A stretch of 64,000 nt of DNA from Oopsacas minuta (taxonomy: Eukaryota > Animalia > Porifera), in contig JAKMXF010000144.1 in the NCBI GenBank assembly GCA_024704765.1, positions 310,001 to 374,000 on the forward strand, given 5' to 3'. Under the pieces are notes generated by a model. That model was not told the DNA's origin, did no database searches, and was given only the letters and a program-made list of their open reading frames with translations. Made by a program: the position numbers and the translations under genes. Positions 12,283-26,300 of the stretch are shown here, one piece after another (position 1 is the stretch's first letter; every line of letters begins with the position of its first letter).

Positions 12283-12532
12283 ATTTTGTATATATAGCAC
12301 TATGGATTTGTAGATTTTCATATACCTCTTATCTCTTATTATATCTGTTATATTTTGTACATCAAACTCACTTATTTGTTTGTTGTTTGTTTGTTTATTT
12401 GTTTGCATATTTGTATATATTTGTAGTTTATTTATTGATGAATTGAGTTAGCATATGGCATATGTACAGAATTATTAATTTGGTATAACATTTCCTTGTT
12501 TTGACAAAGTATAGAAATATATTTGACGTCAC

Positions 12533-15454
12533 ATGAGTCAGCTGTTCTCTCCCTACCATGCAATTGGCTTGTACAGTCAAGATATTCCATTCTCAGTCCT
12601 CTCCAGCGGAAATCAGCAATTACTCGCTACTGCCATAGACGAATCCTTTCATTTATATTCTCTAAGAGATCTACAGCTGATGTTTGTGGGATATGTTGAT
12701 GGTAAGAGTGAAGACTCTGAATCTAATTATATACAGAGTATGCTCTTCCATAACGGGAGACTGTACATAGCACAAGGTGATAATATCCGTGTGTGGAATA
12801 ACGGCCGTATTATGCAAAGCCACCGGACTGAATTCCCTGCTAGCTTGCTCTTGGGGTGTGGAAAGAGGATGTTATCTGTAGAAGAAGGATCTGTCAGAGT
12901 ATGGGAGTGTGAAAATGAGGATAGATTAGGTGAAGAATATCTCCAGATAGAATTTGATTCATCTATCTTCAAGATAACATCCATAGTCCATCCTACTACA
13001 TATGTTAACAAGGTTTGTCAATGATTTATTTTGCTACTAACAATTCTTATTATTAAATACGTAGGTGCTATTCGGGAGTCACCAGGGATCGTTACAATTA
13101 TGGAATATTTGTAAGAACATTCTAGTCTATGAGTTCAGAGGCTGGAGCTCTCCTGTCCTTGCTCTGGAGCAATCTCCATCTCTTGACGTCATAGCTATAG
13201 GACTGATGGATGGGACTATACACTTACATGACATAAAGTTTGACCAACCGGTGCTCCGCTTCTCACAGGATTCTCCAGTAACTTGTCTCAGTTTCAGACA
13301 GGACGGAGAGTCTGTACTCGTGTCAGGTAGCAAAGAAGGTCAGCTATCTGTGTGGGACCTGGAGAAGGAGAGATTGAAAGGAGTTGTGTGTGATGCTCAC
13401 CTAGGGTCAGTGATATCTCTATCATTCATTGGAGCACGAGAAGTAGCTGTATCCGCTAGCAACGATAACACCATAAAGGTATGTATGTATTTATATTGGT
13501 AGTGGTATTTTAGTATATTCTATAGATGTGGGTGTTTGATGAGCCTGATGGCCTCCCTCGTCTGTTGAGATCCAGATCCGGACACGCCGCTCCTCCCTCG
13601 CGTATCCGGTTCTTCTCCCCAGGGGGTCTTGCTCTCCTTTCTGCCTCACAGGACGGGACCTTCCGTCTCTTCTCATTGGTCAGATCCTCTTCAGTGGAGT
13701 TGTCACAGGGTCACACCCTCAGTCAGTCGCGTAAGAAAGGTGTGAGTATTGAGAGTCTGAGACTTCCTGCTATTACAGAATTCTCAGTAGAGATGTCACG
13801 AGCTGATGACTGGGACTGTATAGCTAGTGTACATTCCAATCTACCATGGATACAGACTTGGCATTTATTCAGGAAATCTGTTGGACAACATAGAATCAAA
13901 TCACCACATAATCCTCAAATAATACCTACATGTGTATGCTCTAGTCCGTGTGGGAATTACATAGTCGTTGGAGATAGCTCTGGACATGTAGAGCTGTTTA
14001 ATATACAATCTGGACAACATAGAGGTTGTTACGCGAGAGAAGAAGGAGTAGGAGCTCATAACGGTGACGTCAGAGGGGTGGCAATCAATTCCACCTGTAG
14101 TGTACTGTTCTCCCTGGGTACAGATGGGGTACTAAGATTCTGGAATCTGACAAGACACGAATTGGTCTGGCAGCTCCCTTTTAAGATGACAGCATCCCGG
14201 CTAATATTACACAGGTATATATACGTCTTCATAACAATTTGTATTACAGAATTATTTGTATTTCTTCTGTAGAGATTCTGGCCTCATTGCAATAGTTTTA
14301 GATGATTTCTCTATCCAGATAGTAGATGCAGATAATCATAAAGTAGTTAGGACATTCCATACGACCAGTCAAACAACAGACCTTGTATTCTCTCCAGATG
14401 CTCGCTGGCTAATCGTCAGTCTATTCGACTCAACAATTCGTGTCTGGGACATTCCTACTGGTAGAATGATCGACTGTTTTAGAGTGGGATCCCTTGTTAC
14501 GTCCCTAGCTATATCTCCTACAGGAGAGGCACTAGCAACTGCCCATGCAGATAGTCCTGGAGTGTATCTCTGGAGCAATAGGACTCTGTATGGAAGAGTT
14601 TCTCTCAAGGCGATAGATGAACTAGCGCCTATTCCTGCTATCCAGCTGCCTAGGAGCATTCCTGAGGAGGGAAGTGGTTGCCTGGTTGAAGAAGGAGTGA
14701 CTAGTGAGAATAGATTAGATGGAATGGAAGAAATGGATTATGGAGAGTACTGTAGTCCCAATATATTAGGTAAGCTAATCAACTGTTATTAGTCGAACGT
14801 GTTTATTGTACTATTGACTGCTAATTGTATTTAGATGCAGAACTACTTAGCTTAGCTGGTCTCTCCCGTTCCCACTGGTATTCTCTATCGAAGTTAGATA
14901 TTATAAAGGAACGAAATAAACCCACAGACCCTCTAGCTAAGCCTAAGCTCGCTCCTTTCTTCCTACCCACTCAAGCTGATACTAAATCATTCAGTTTCTT
15001 AACATCAGAAAATGGAGATAGTAGTGAAACGAAATCAAGAGTTATGACACGACATACTCAAGAGAAGAGTACCTTCCTTACTCTACTAACATCCTGTAAT
15101 AAATCAGGGGACTATTCTAACTATATAAATCTTATTAAAGAGATGGGCCCAGCTGCTATCGACGTTGAAATCCGTCTACTAGGACCAGACATAGGAGGTA
15201 GCGTTGAAGAATTGGATACATTTCTAGATTTCCTACTCAAATCTCTGGAAATGAAAACTAACTACGAGCTAGTTCAGGCACTTATGGATGTATTTCTCCG
15301 TGTACATAGTTCTGAGTTGATGAAACACGGAGATATCCTTGGTTCAAAGACAGAGCGATTATGTGATTTACAGGAGAATAGTTGGTCAGAGGCTGCTAAC
15401 CTGATGAGGTTCAGTTTGTGTTTGATCGAGCTTTTTAAAAAGCCGACTCTTTGA
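12533..15454 (+). CDS. WDR36: WD repeat protein 36 / Utp21 (SSU processome)
   Basis: Exons 12533-13012, 13065-13478, 13526-14214, 14273-14769, 14835-15454; introns 52, 47, 58, 65 nt. N-term SQLFSPYHAIG, HPTTYVNK, C-terminal Utp21 domain (IKERNKP...APFFLPT). Confidence 0.93.
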
Positions 15455-15774
15455 GTTTATTTCTCATTACTGAGTCATAGCTTCAATTACAAGATTTTAT
15501 GTCCAAAAGTAAGTTAGAATTTTAAGTTTGAAAATATAGAAATTTATCAATTTTAGTCTTTCATATGTTTTAAGAATTTTATTTTGTATTCTATGAGCAG
15601 GCTATAAGTGATCGCTTATACGTTATCCCAAAAAGTGTTTTCCGTTACAGGAACCATTTTATATCTTTCAGAAATCTGCCTTGCATAGTGTTTCACGTAA
15701 ACCTTTGCTCATGGCTATTCAGATAGTTACGGCAATTAAGTTTTGGCTTGTTAGTGTATAGAGCTAGGTATCAA

Positions 15775-16275
15775 ATGAAAAGACAACAGAACAATAAAAA
15801 TATTTCCAAAATAACAACTTTTGAGTTTCTACAACCTAAGAAGAGCGTAGAAAGCACTACTATCATCCGTCGAATGATAGATATCCTAATTGGCCGTGAG
15901 GGCATACTCGCTATGAATACACGTAGTCATTTGCTAATCTTCTATTCGGTATTTGCTATTACAGCTACTGGCTGGTGGTACTTCCTGAAACAGCTAGACA
16001 GATATAGGATAGAGACCATGTTAGAACAAGGATTATACGAGTATAATCATAAAGGGAAAGTTGTAGCGACTGAAGAGTTTAAAGAAGCAATCGCAGATAA
16101 AGTTATGGTTACTAGAGTTAGGAATTTGTTGGTTAAGAAGAAGGTTGAACAGTTAGAGAAAGATATTTGTCAGTTTAAAGAAGAGAAAGAGTTAATGAGA
16201 GAAATATTAGATAATCAGAAGAGAATAGAAATTAAGCTCCAGTCTCTTGAGGATAAATTGAATTCTAGAAATTGA
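15775..16275 (+). CDS. Uncharacterised protein, single TM followed by coiled coil
   Basis: ORF with ATG at 15775 (later ATGs possible). Hydrophobic LLIFYSVFAITATGWWYFL, then heptad-rich KKVEQLEKDI...LQSLEDKL. Confidence 0.65.
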   Translation: MKRQQNNKNISKITTFEFLQPKKSVESTTIIRRMIDILIGREGILAMNTRSHLLIFYSVFAITATGWWYFLKQLDRYRIETMLEQGLYEYNHKGKVVATEEFKEAIADKVMVTRVRNLLVKKKVEQLEKDICQFKEEKELMREILDNQKRIEIKLQSLEDKLNSRN

Positions 16276-16366
16276 TTATTTGATATATTTAAGGTCAGTT
16301 CATTTAATATATTACTTATATATTATTGTGAGGGTCTGTTTTCGGTATTTGAGTAATTCCTTTGAG

Positions 16367-16510
16367 CAGCGGCTCCCAACTTATGATCCCGGACCCCTTG
16401 GTGGTCCACTGACGACGGCAGGGGGTATACACTCTATGGGATCTCAAAATTTGTATTGCAGTATGGGGAAAGGATCCACATAATATATGTAAAATCTTGT
16501 TATAGCAATG
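16367..16510 (+). mobile_element. MITE family D (hAT/Charlie-like) copy
   Basis: Starts CAGCGGCTCCCAAC, contains GGACCCCTTGGTGGTCCAC...CAGGGGGT. Right end approximate. Confidence 0.55.
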
Positions 16511-17304
16511 ACTATATCTTTAATAATATATGGAGAATACCTTATTGACAGAATGAGCTAATCTAGTCAATCTCCTTATATTCAGTGTTCCTGAGTAGCT
16601 AATTTGTTTTTGAATTGGTTTACAGTTATCCTTCCACCTTGTTCAAATTCCAATGAATTATATAATCAATTCATGAAATGATGAGTAAATCAGGTTACGC
16701 ACTATAATTATTTCAATTCTTATCTATCCGAATTGTCTGTTGGATCAATTATTTCATGACAGGGGAGTCTAATGTATTCCTTCACTCTAAATAGCTCCAT
16801 ACATAGCATTAAGTTCATGCCTGTGAGGAATTTATCTATGAACCATTTTGACAATTTTTTTCCAATTTTTCCAGGGGACTTAATTATTGTTGGTTTCTGA
16901 ATCTCTATTGTGTCTGTCTCAATTACTGTTTATGATTTTTAAACTTGTAATCGTCATCTCGCCATTGTACACAAATGTCTCCATCGATGTCCTCACGCGG
17001 GCAATGCTAAATATGCAAACTTTAAGATTGCTATTTTGTGTATTCTTTATACTAATGGGTTGTACTTGTACCTAGCGCTACAAAGTATGAAATATGACAG
17101 CTGTACTCTTACATTCTTTAATGTATTATTAGCTCTTGTCCACGGAGATAATAAATTGAATGCGTGTTGACAGAATTTATTGTCTTCTCAAACAAGTGAT
17201 AAATCTATAATTTGGATATAAACACTACAAGCCATATCTTAATATAGATCGCATTATCATAGCATTAGGCAACAGCATGTATAATTATCACAAATATTGG
17301 CCAG

Positions 17305-20300
17305 ATGTTATGTAATAATTCTCAAAATATAATACATAGCAGAATAGAAATTAATTCAGTTATGGATACAGAACCATCTTCAATACCAATTGAACCTTAC
17401 TCAGATTCCACTCGGCCAAGCACAGGGTCTAGCTTCTATTCAGGAATAACCTCACCCTCTGGGAGCAGTGAGGATGAATTCTTCGACGCTCCGGAGAGTC
17501 TGGGTTCTCACGGACACACTCGAGAGGACTCAGTCTCTGAACCCCGCATTTCTACCCCTCTGGTCTCTACTGATATTCTCCCTATTCTCCATCCAGATGA
17601 AATCCCTCACAATCCCCCTTCTATCCCGAATGTATCAGATTCTGTGATTCCACTCCCGACTACTATTTCAGTTCTAGACCAATTTAATAGAGCTAATGTT
17701 CCCTTGAAGGAAGAAGATTTTAGTTCTCTTGAGAGCTTAGAAAATCCGTCTGAGACTGAGACAGTCACAGCTTCATTCAACCAACGATGGACATCTTCTC
17801 CTAACATAGAGACATACCCTATTACTGAGGAGAGGGTTATTCCAGGATTTAACGGGACTACTACTAATATTCTCACATTTCTAAGCCCGAATTCTGACTC
17901 AGCAAATAAGGAATTTACCTTCAAACCAATTGAACAGGTCAGTAGTACTATATTTTCAGTCTGTATCTGACTGTCACTAATTGATTGAGATATCTCGCAT
18001 TGCTGTGATTCCGCTATCAGCTGGCATTTTATAAAGGTTAAATACTCATTTTATTTCTAGAATTTTTCATCAAATTCCATTATAATGCAAATATTTAATT
18101 ATATGACAAGCCATAACATCATTTGACCCTATTGTTGCTACAAACATCAACTGATAATTATCCCTAATTGAAAGGTAAATACCTAGAATTTGTAGATACT
18201 AACTGCCTGCTGGCTATATGCACCGTATACCTGGCTTCACGCTTAATTAGGATAAGATTATGAATTCAAAGTTATGTGTTTCTACTCTTGGCTCGACAAG
18301 GAGCAGTGTGTTAACTGTGAGGATTAGGGCTCATTGTTACAGATACATGAATTCATAGATTCAATTATCAGTCTTGAGACCTGGCATGCTCCCTTATGGA
18401 CATGATCTTAATTGAATCATTAATAGGATATATTTGTATGCAAATCTACCAGTAGCTCAGTATTTATTTGATTGTACGATTATTCAGAATAATTCTCCAT
18501 CTTATGCTTTATCTTCAGAGTACAGACTAATCTCACTTACTTTTCTACTCTTATTTCTCCCAAAACAGAAATAATCCGAACTGGAATTTGAAGATATCTG
18601 AATATGCCAAATCTAAGCACCTACTAGCTCTAGTTAATATGTAAAATAGACAAAAACACTTGAGTTCATTGTTTTGAAGCTTTCCTATCAACCGATATGA
18701 GATACTACCCCTAAGAGTAGTATTAACACCTTTTAGATATTTGCATTAATCTATTGTGAATAGAACCAGCTTTTTCCATTCGTCCCGCATAGTTTGATTG
18801 GTTAATCTCAGCTATAGGCTCTGTTAATTATTTAACAAGCAAGCTTTGCTTTATTGCTCTGCGCTGCTGCGCCGTTCGTCCGTTTCGATTTCAAATATTT
18901 GTTTACCCGTATACCACCATATTCCGTATGTGTTAAAATTTTCATACTTTTCTAGCTCTTAATTCGTCCAAAAACAAACAAACAACAAAACAAATTATAC
19001 AAACATTAGTTAAGAACCAATCATTATTTTTCCATACTGACAGCAGATATTGATTGGTTGTTGGCGCCTATAGGCCATCTAGTAAACCTACAAAACTGTA
19101 GTTAGCTGTATTTCCTATTAGTCCCATGCACTTACTGAATTTGGCTGCATATAAGGCTTTGTTTGAATACATCCATAAACACAGCTGCCTGCCGAGCTAC
19201 TGAACCCGTATACCTATAAATTGCAGTTATCGTGTCGATTCTGAAACTCCCTGACATGACTAGTTATTTGATTGACGAATCTTTGGGTCAGAGAGTCCCC
19301 CTCATCCTTCCCAATGAAGATGAGGAAGTTTTCATTGCAACAGCTCCGATAGTGAAAGTAGTTCCAATTTCGAGTCGAACCGGAGAGGATATTCCCAGAA
19401 ACTTACACAAATACTCAGATTCTCATTTATTCTCCAGTAATTCTGATCTTTCTCTCGAAGAGAAGACACAGCAACATTTTAATACTCTTCAACAACTTCT
19501 GACTCACGTTCCTAACCGTGTTATAAAGCTAACACAGAATCACTACGCTAACAAACTTCCTATAACTCTCTCTTCCAATCATGCTGTATTCATGTTCATA
19601 GACGTGTCAGGCTTCACTGCACTCTGTGAGAAATATTGTTCCGATATTACTGCTGGGAAGAGAGGGATAGACGCTCTCACAAATATTCTTAACCAATATC
19701 TCGGGAAACTTGTCCAGCATATTATAGAGTCGAATGGAGACGTGTTAAAATTCGCAGGAGACGCTGTATTAGCCATGTGGCCGTGTAACGTATCCGAAGC
19801 TTACGAGGTTCTAATGTGGGTGACAAAAACCGCACTTTTGCTGCAGACAAAGCATGACAACTTCCAAGCAGATGAAGAATCAATACTAAGAGTTAAGGTT
19901 GCCATTAGTGTGGGAGAGTATAGCACACATATTTTCGGTTGTAACACTCTGCTACAATTCGCTGTTTGTGGAGCAGCTGTAGCCTCGGTTAATCGTGCTC
20001 AAAATGTAGCAACTTCTGGGTCTGTTATTCTATCCCCTGAGGCCTGGAGCATATGTAATCCTGCAGACCTGGATTATACTAATGTTTCCGGGGGATTCTA
20101 CCATGTTACCGCGGTTCATCTAACATTTGACCCTCAATGGATGCAAAATTACTTACAGACCAATTCTGAGGATCCACCATTAATGCACAATATATTCTTG
20201 AGTATGTTGAAGAATGAAACAGACAGACAGTCAAGGAATCAAAAGAAAAACAAGAAAATTAAAACAGACGTCTGCAATGAAGCTGATGCTAAGAGAGGGA

Positions 20301-23300
20301 AGCGAATGAGTGCTGTTGAGAATATAAAGAATGGATTTAGAAGATTGTCTACTTTTCAATTCAGGAATAATAATATTCGTGTTATGAAAGACACAGATTT
20401 GAATAAGGCTACTTCTTCCTTCAACGATTCTATGAGTCAGAGATCTGCTCACGCCAGCAGCACAGATACAATTTCTCGCGAGATATCACGCCTTAGCTCG
20501 ATAGGGGGGAGTATAAGTCGAAATTCATCCAAGAGTAATCTCAAACTCTACCGCAATAGGAAATCAACTGTGAATAACATACTACAAGAACAGCTGTCTA
20601 TTTCTAAACAGCTGACTCCCAACATGCTAGACACAATTAAGAAGTTCCTACCTGAAGCTGTACGCTCCAAAATAGAATCTGGACAGTCCCTGGAGTGGAT
20701 GTCAGAGTTGAGAACGATTTCGGTTTTATTCATAAATCTTGATGTTTGCATTCAGAAATTGACTGATGAGAAAATCAATTTGATTCAAGAGGCTCTAGTA
20801 TACGTACAAGAGATAATGAATGCATTTGATGGAGTTGTCAACAAGATATTTATGTTCGATAAAGGTTGTACTATCCTCGCTCTATTCGGATTACCACACG
20901 CTAAACATGAAGATGATTCAACACGTGCATTACAAGCATCTTCAAAGATATATTCACATTTGAGTTTGCACTTAAAAGTCCATACTTCTATCGGTATAAC
21001 AACTGGACAAGCTTTCTGTGGTGTAGTAGGACATAATCTACGTCACGAGTACACGGCTATAAGTGCAAAGGTCAACATGGCAGCTAGACTAATGATGAAC
21101 TTCCGTGATAAGATAACATGTGATCATTCCACAAAACTAAGGTCTGGAGTTACAGAAGCAAACTTCAGTGAAGTACCAGCTATTCCTTTGAAAGGGATTG
21201 AAAAACCTGAACAAATATACACATTTTCCATCAGAGATAATTCCCAATTAGAACACTATGCAATACACTGTGAGACCTATAATACACACGATAATAACGG
21301 ATGTAGAGAGCTAATAGGTCGAGAAGAAGAGATGGATATTCTACTGGGAATGCTGAATCAGATTACTTTAGATGAAAACCCTGAGAGTCATATACTTATA
21401 ATCACTGGAGACACTGGAATAGGCAAAACTTTATTATTGAAATCTATGAAGCATTTAGCCAGAGTTCGTTCATTCCGTGTTCTATCGTGTCGAGCTGGTC
21501 TTATGGAAATGAGTAGTCACTACCATACAGTTAGAATTCTGATAGAACGTTTATTGCAGTTAGAAACTTGTTATTCTCTTCATGAGAGAGAGCAAGCTAT
21601 TCTTACTCAGTTTCAAGATGCATGTGACGATGACATCCTAGAATACCTCCCTCTACTCAATGACCTATTGATGCTAAAATACACACAAACAGATAGGGTA
21701 TCACATCTAACAGCTGATCAGAGACACACACATCTCCATCGTCTACTCTTTAACATTGTAGAGCAAGAGACATCCAATCAGAGTTGTGTGTTTGTAGTAG
21801 ATGATGCTCATTATATGGATAACAATTCTTGGGAGTTTCTACAAGATCTATCTAACCATCAAAAGGTTATATTAATATTAGCAATGAAAGAACTGACTAG
21901 CTCTAAATACCAAGAGCATCTCAGGACTATAGTTAAGTGTAAGAATGCTCGTGTGTGCTATTTAAAAGGATTGGATCATGAATGTATCTTAGAACTCGCG
22001 ACACGTCTTCTTAATGTGGACACACTTGGAGAAGATTTCGCGAGATTTCTTAAAGAGAGACTCGGTACTCATGGTAATCCTATGTGGTGTAAAGAAGCGC
22101 TAGACACAATGCTTAACCTGGGTCTGTTTCATATTGAACCGGTTACTAAGCAGAAGTGTAGCAGTATGGAAGCTGGATCAGTGTTTAGTAAAGATTTCAG
22201 ATCGGATTTAAAGGCTACAACTAGCTATGAGTACAGGAGTTCTACCATGACAGCTAGGAGGCAATCAAAGATACAGTTTGCTGCACACGTTAATACAGAC
22301 GCTATTAACCTCCCTCTTCCCGAGTCTCTGAATGATCTCATTCTAGCCAGACTCGACAAGCTCAGTGCTAGTTCTCAGCTGGTGTTGAAGTCTGCTGCAA
22401 TCGTAGGCACTGCTTTCTCAAAGAGTATTTTGAAGCGAATAACCCCCAATAACATCAAGGACACTACCCTAGATCAAGCTATAGAGAAGTTAATCCAGGC
22501 TGGCATGATAGAGTGTGCATATGCTAGTGCTTTTCTAAGCAGTACTACAAAGAATCTGGCAAAATACAGTCAGCTCTGTTCATGCATTCAACACTTAGCT
22601 TACCGAGATCAGATGCAATCACACAGCTTACTTAATCTCCATACACATGATCATACACATGATCATATTTACTACAAGTGTGATATGTTGAAATTCACAC
22701 ATAATTATATACAAGAAATAGTATACGAATTGTGGACCAGTAACCAGAAGAGATTGCTCCATGAGACAGGAGCTAAATGTTTGGAATCAGAGGCACATAA
22801 GTGCAGTAACTGTGGAGGAGGTGCGTTTTTTAACGGAATACATCAACTTGAAACTGCTCTGAATGAGCTTAAAGAAGAAGATGCAACAAATACCTTTGAT
22901 GATGATTTTGTAGACAATAGTACCATTGCTAATCACAGACAAATTAACAAACGGAAACGGACAAGTTCGGCCTACATGCGAAATGGTAGATACGGCCTTA
23001 CCCTCACCTCCAACAAAAACTCCTCCCACAATCTACATAGTCCAATACAAAGAGACAGTACCTCCACTATTGACCTCAGTCATTGTACATGTAGTGAAGT
23101 ATTAGCTACTGTATACCCACAACTTGTACGTCACTGGAAAGCAGCTTGCAATTATGATAAGATCTTCCATTATCTGTTAGAAGCAGCGCTAGCTAGTACT
23201 CAAGTACACGCTACATTAGAAGCACAGTCCTTATTGGAGGAAGCTGGGGAGCTGATAAAACTAGGAAAAGTTAAACCTACTCTATTACAGCAATCTCGCT

Positions 23301-26300
23301 TCGCTTTAATCAAAGGACAATCTTTCTATAACGGACACCATTACAGTGAAGCTCAGCTACACTTCTTAGAAGGGCTTTCAATACTCAATAGTCCCTTACC
23401 TTCCTCACTTATCTCATTCTTTACTTCTCTAGTTAAGCAGGCTACCCCTCAAATATGTTCTATCTTCAATCACGGATATGTATTACAACAACAGCAATTA
23501 AGTCAGAGAGAAAAACACCTATTGAATGAACGATTAGCCTTCTTATCGTTTCTAATCAACACATATTATTTCACTAACCAGAGATATCGTATGCTCTACA
23601 CTACACTAACTATGTTGAATCAAGCACAATCCTCTCGTATCAACAACAAAGCTCTATTGGACTCTTACCGTATGATGCTGAAGTGTTGTGAGCTATTTAA
23701 CTTCCAGAGGGGAATAGCTCATTACCAGAGTCAGACTGCACTAGCTATAACACTATGTGAGACTAGTGGTAATGATAATATCACAGAGCTAATAGCTTAC
23801 ATAGAGCTGATATCTACATTAGTTAACGAACAGTTATATAGCGGTAACCTCAGCTCTGCTAAGAACTATGCTAAGCGAGCTATCCGTCTCAGTCACTCCA
23901 TCAATGCATTAGACCTATTGCTAGACATATTGCCCTTATGGTGTTATATACAGCTGCATAGCTTAGAACTGAGTGATGTGCAGAGTACACTAGAAGAGTT
24001 GAAAGTTTGTGCTTTTGATTCAGATGACCTACAGCAACAAGCTCTATACTTCAGCTACTGTTTTGATATTATACTAGAAACTGGTATCAGTGAAGGATTC
24101 ATTGACGTGTTAGAATGTGAAAGCTATGCACGTACATGCACATCTCATGATGTATTCCATTTTAATAATGAAGAGAGATTCTTTCTTTTATCTTGTCTCA
24201 CACTATGGTATGCTAGGAAAGAGATCGAAATGGATGCTAAGATACATTTTGCTATCACGCTAAAAATTCTTCCAAATAAGATAGAATCATTCTTCGCTGC
24301 AAAAGGATTAGTCCGATTCACAGAATGTGCGTTAATCCTATGGGCACGTGATAGATGTTATGAGCGACGGAAATTGGCACTAAATGCCCTAGATCAGCTG
24401 ACTCAAGCATGCCATACGTTCACAGTATTAAAACCTCGTATGTTACTACTCAAGAGTTATTTTAATGTAATCAAGAGAGGGTCTAGATCTAAGAGTCAAA
24501 AGTTAATGTCTGAAGCAAAGAGAGAAGCAAATAATTTGAACTCTGATCTCGAGATTCTATGGATACAACATCAGATTGATTTCTGGAGCAAGAGCTATGG
24601 AGGAAATGTGATTGAAGTATTCAGTGATACAAAACTCTGGCAAGAGAGTAGATACGATAGGATGAGATTAGAAATATACTCACTGCAGAGAGAACGAAAA
24701 AGTCGAAAGCCTAACTCGTAATTGACTCTGTCTTTCCTATGATTCCAAGATTCCTATTCATTATATGAAATGGTGTTAATATTAATGTCTTTTAGCCCTT
24801 TTGTTGATTTACACCCAGGGTTCCATCCAACATTTCTAAACCATACGTCTAAAAATTTCCCCCCCCCATTTTACGCGCGTCTAGAGTATACATATGGTAT
24901 TACGGTATGGGGTCTTGCTCGAATTTTGACGCGCCTAGATCTATATTCGCTGAAATTTACGCGCTTGTTGGCGCGTCGCATACGCCTGAATAAAACCCTG
25001 TAATTACACCTACGAGGACTAGTCCGTATTAGTTTCAAACAAACAATAATACACATTCACTTTAAACATATAACTTCTAGCAATTATTTCACTATTTCCT
25101 AGTCCATTTTCTACCCTTAACACCCGCGCTTTTTTGATATGTTTCATTTTACATTCAGCCTAATTGGTTATCCGTGATAGTATATCATTACTTAATTGGA
25201 TTATTGGCTATTTATCTATTGTTTGTGAGACTTGACTCTTTGTTTACAGGTTTGTATGAGAATATAATTATTTATTTCTTCTTATAAAGCTAATAAATCT
25301 ATATAAGATCTTATATATATTTCTGAATCTATTTCTAGCCGACGAATTGTGAATTTTCACAGGATCCAAATCTGACACCCCCTCTCCCAGAAAGCGAGCT
25401 ATTAGACGAGACCCTCCAAAACAGACCCCTCACCCCTGACCTCCCTCCCCCTCCTAGTCTCATCCTAGCCGGTGAGTAATTCATTCAGATTCAATTATCT
25501 TTCCTTCACACAGGTTTCCCTTTATTTCCATATTATTTGTGACTTCCCTTATCAAATCATTTGTTTAGGGCTCCTTACTTCTTATTCTCCTACTATCTGC
25601 TAGCATCAACTGCTATGATATAATTCTAACTATTTAGGTAATATTACCCAAGGACAAATGGAGCATACACAGTCTAACCCTCAGAAGTTATACCCTGAGT
25701 TAGATACACTATCTCCTCCTCCTCCGTTATGGGATCAGAAAGAGACTCTCTCTCAGCTCCCTCAGTTCCCTCTCACGCCCCCATCCCCTCCCCCTGCTGA
25801 ATATTTCCTTACCCCTTCAGACCGTCAGCCTGTACCCATTCCTGAAATGGAGCACAACCCATTATTCGTCCCTGATCCGACCCCCTCACCCCTAAAAACA
25901 GAACTCCTCATGCTAGGTTCCATCCCCCCAGCTGCCGCCAGTCTAGTAATGAACCCTCTCAATCAGATCATCCTAGCACAACAACAAGCACTAAGTCAAC
26001 ACTTCTCTGCCAACATTCCTCACATTCCTTTAACACAACAGGTAACCAACATATCATACATCAAATTAATGACATATTGTCACTTTATCAAGATAATAAT
26101 GCAATATTTACTAATAACAGCTCTATACTACATTAATACAATAGAAGTTAGGGCAATTAATAAATACCACCTACTTATACTCGTTGTTAGGCAATTTGGA
26201 TTCAATATTCGAAGCCCTAATTTCAATTTTGTGGCAAGAAAATGGTTCCTTGGCAGTCTATTACATCCTTGCCACTTGTCTATTTAAACTATTTTAGTTT

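Noticed and set aside
16600-17200. Possible minus-strand exons (about 70 open codons near 16710-16930; GT-AG pair near 17010-17070)
   Set aside because: No consistent start, phase or homology could be established.
17305-24721. FFAT exon as an N-terminal extension of ADCY10
   Set aside because: The donor at 17937 is phase 0, the ADCY10 acceptor at 19226 needs phase 1, and an in-frame TAA at 19217-19219 blocks a phase-0 acceptor.
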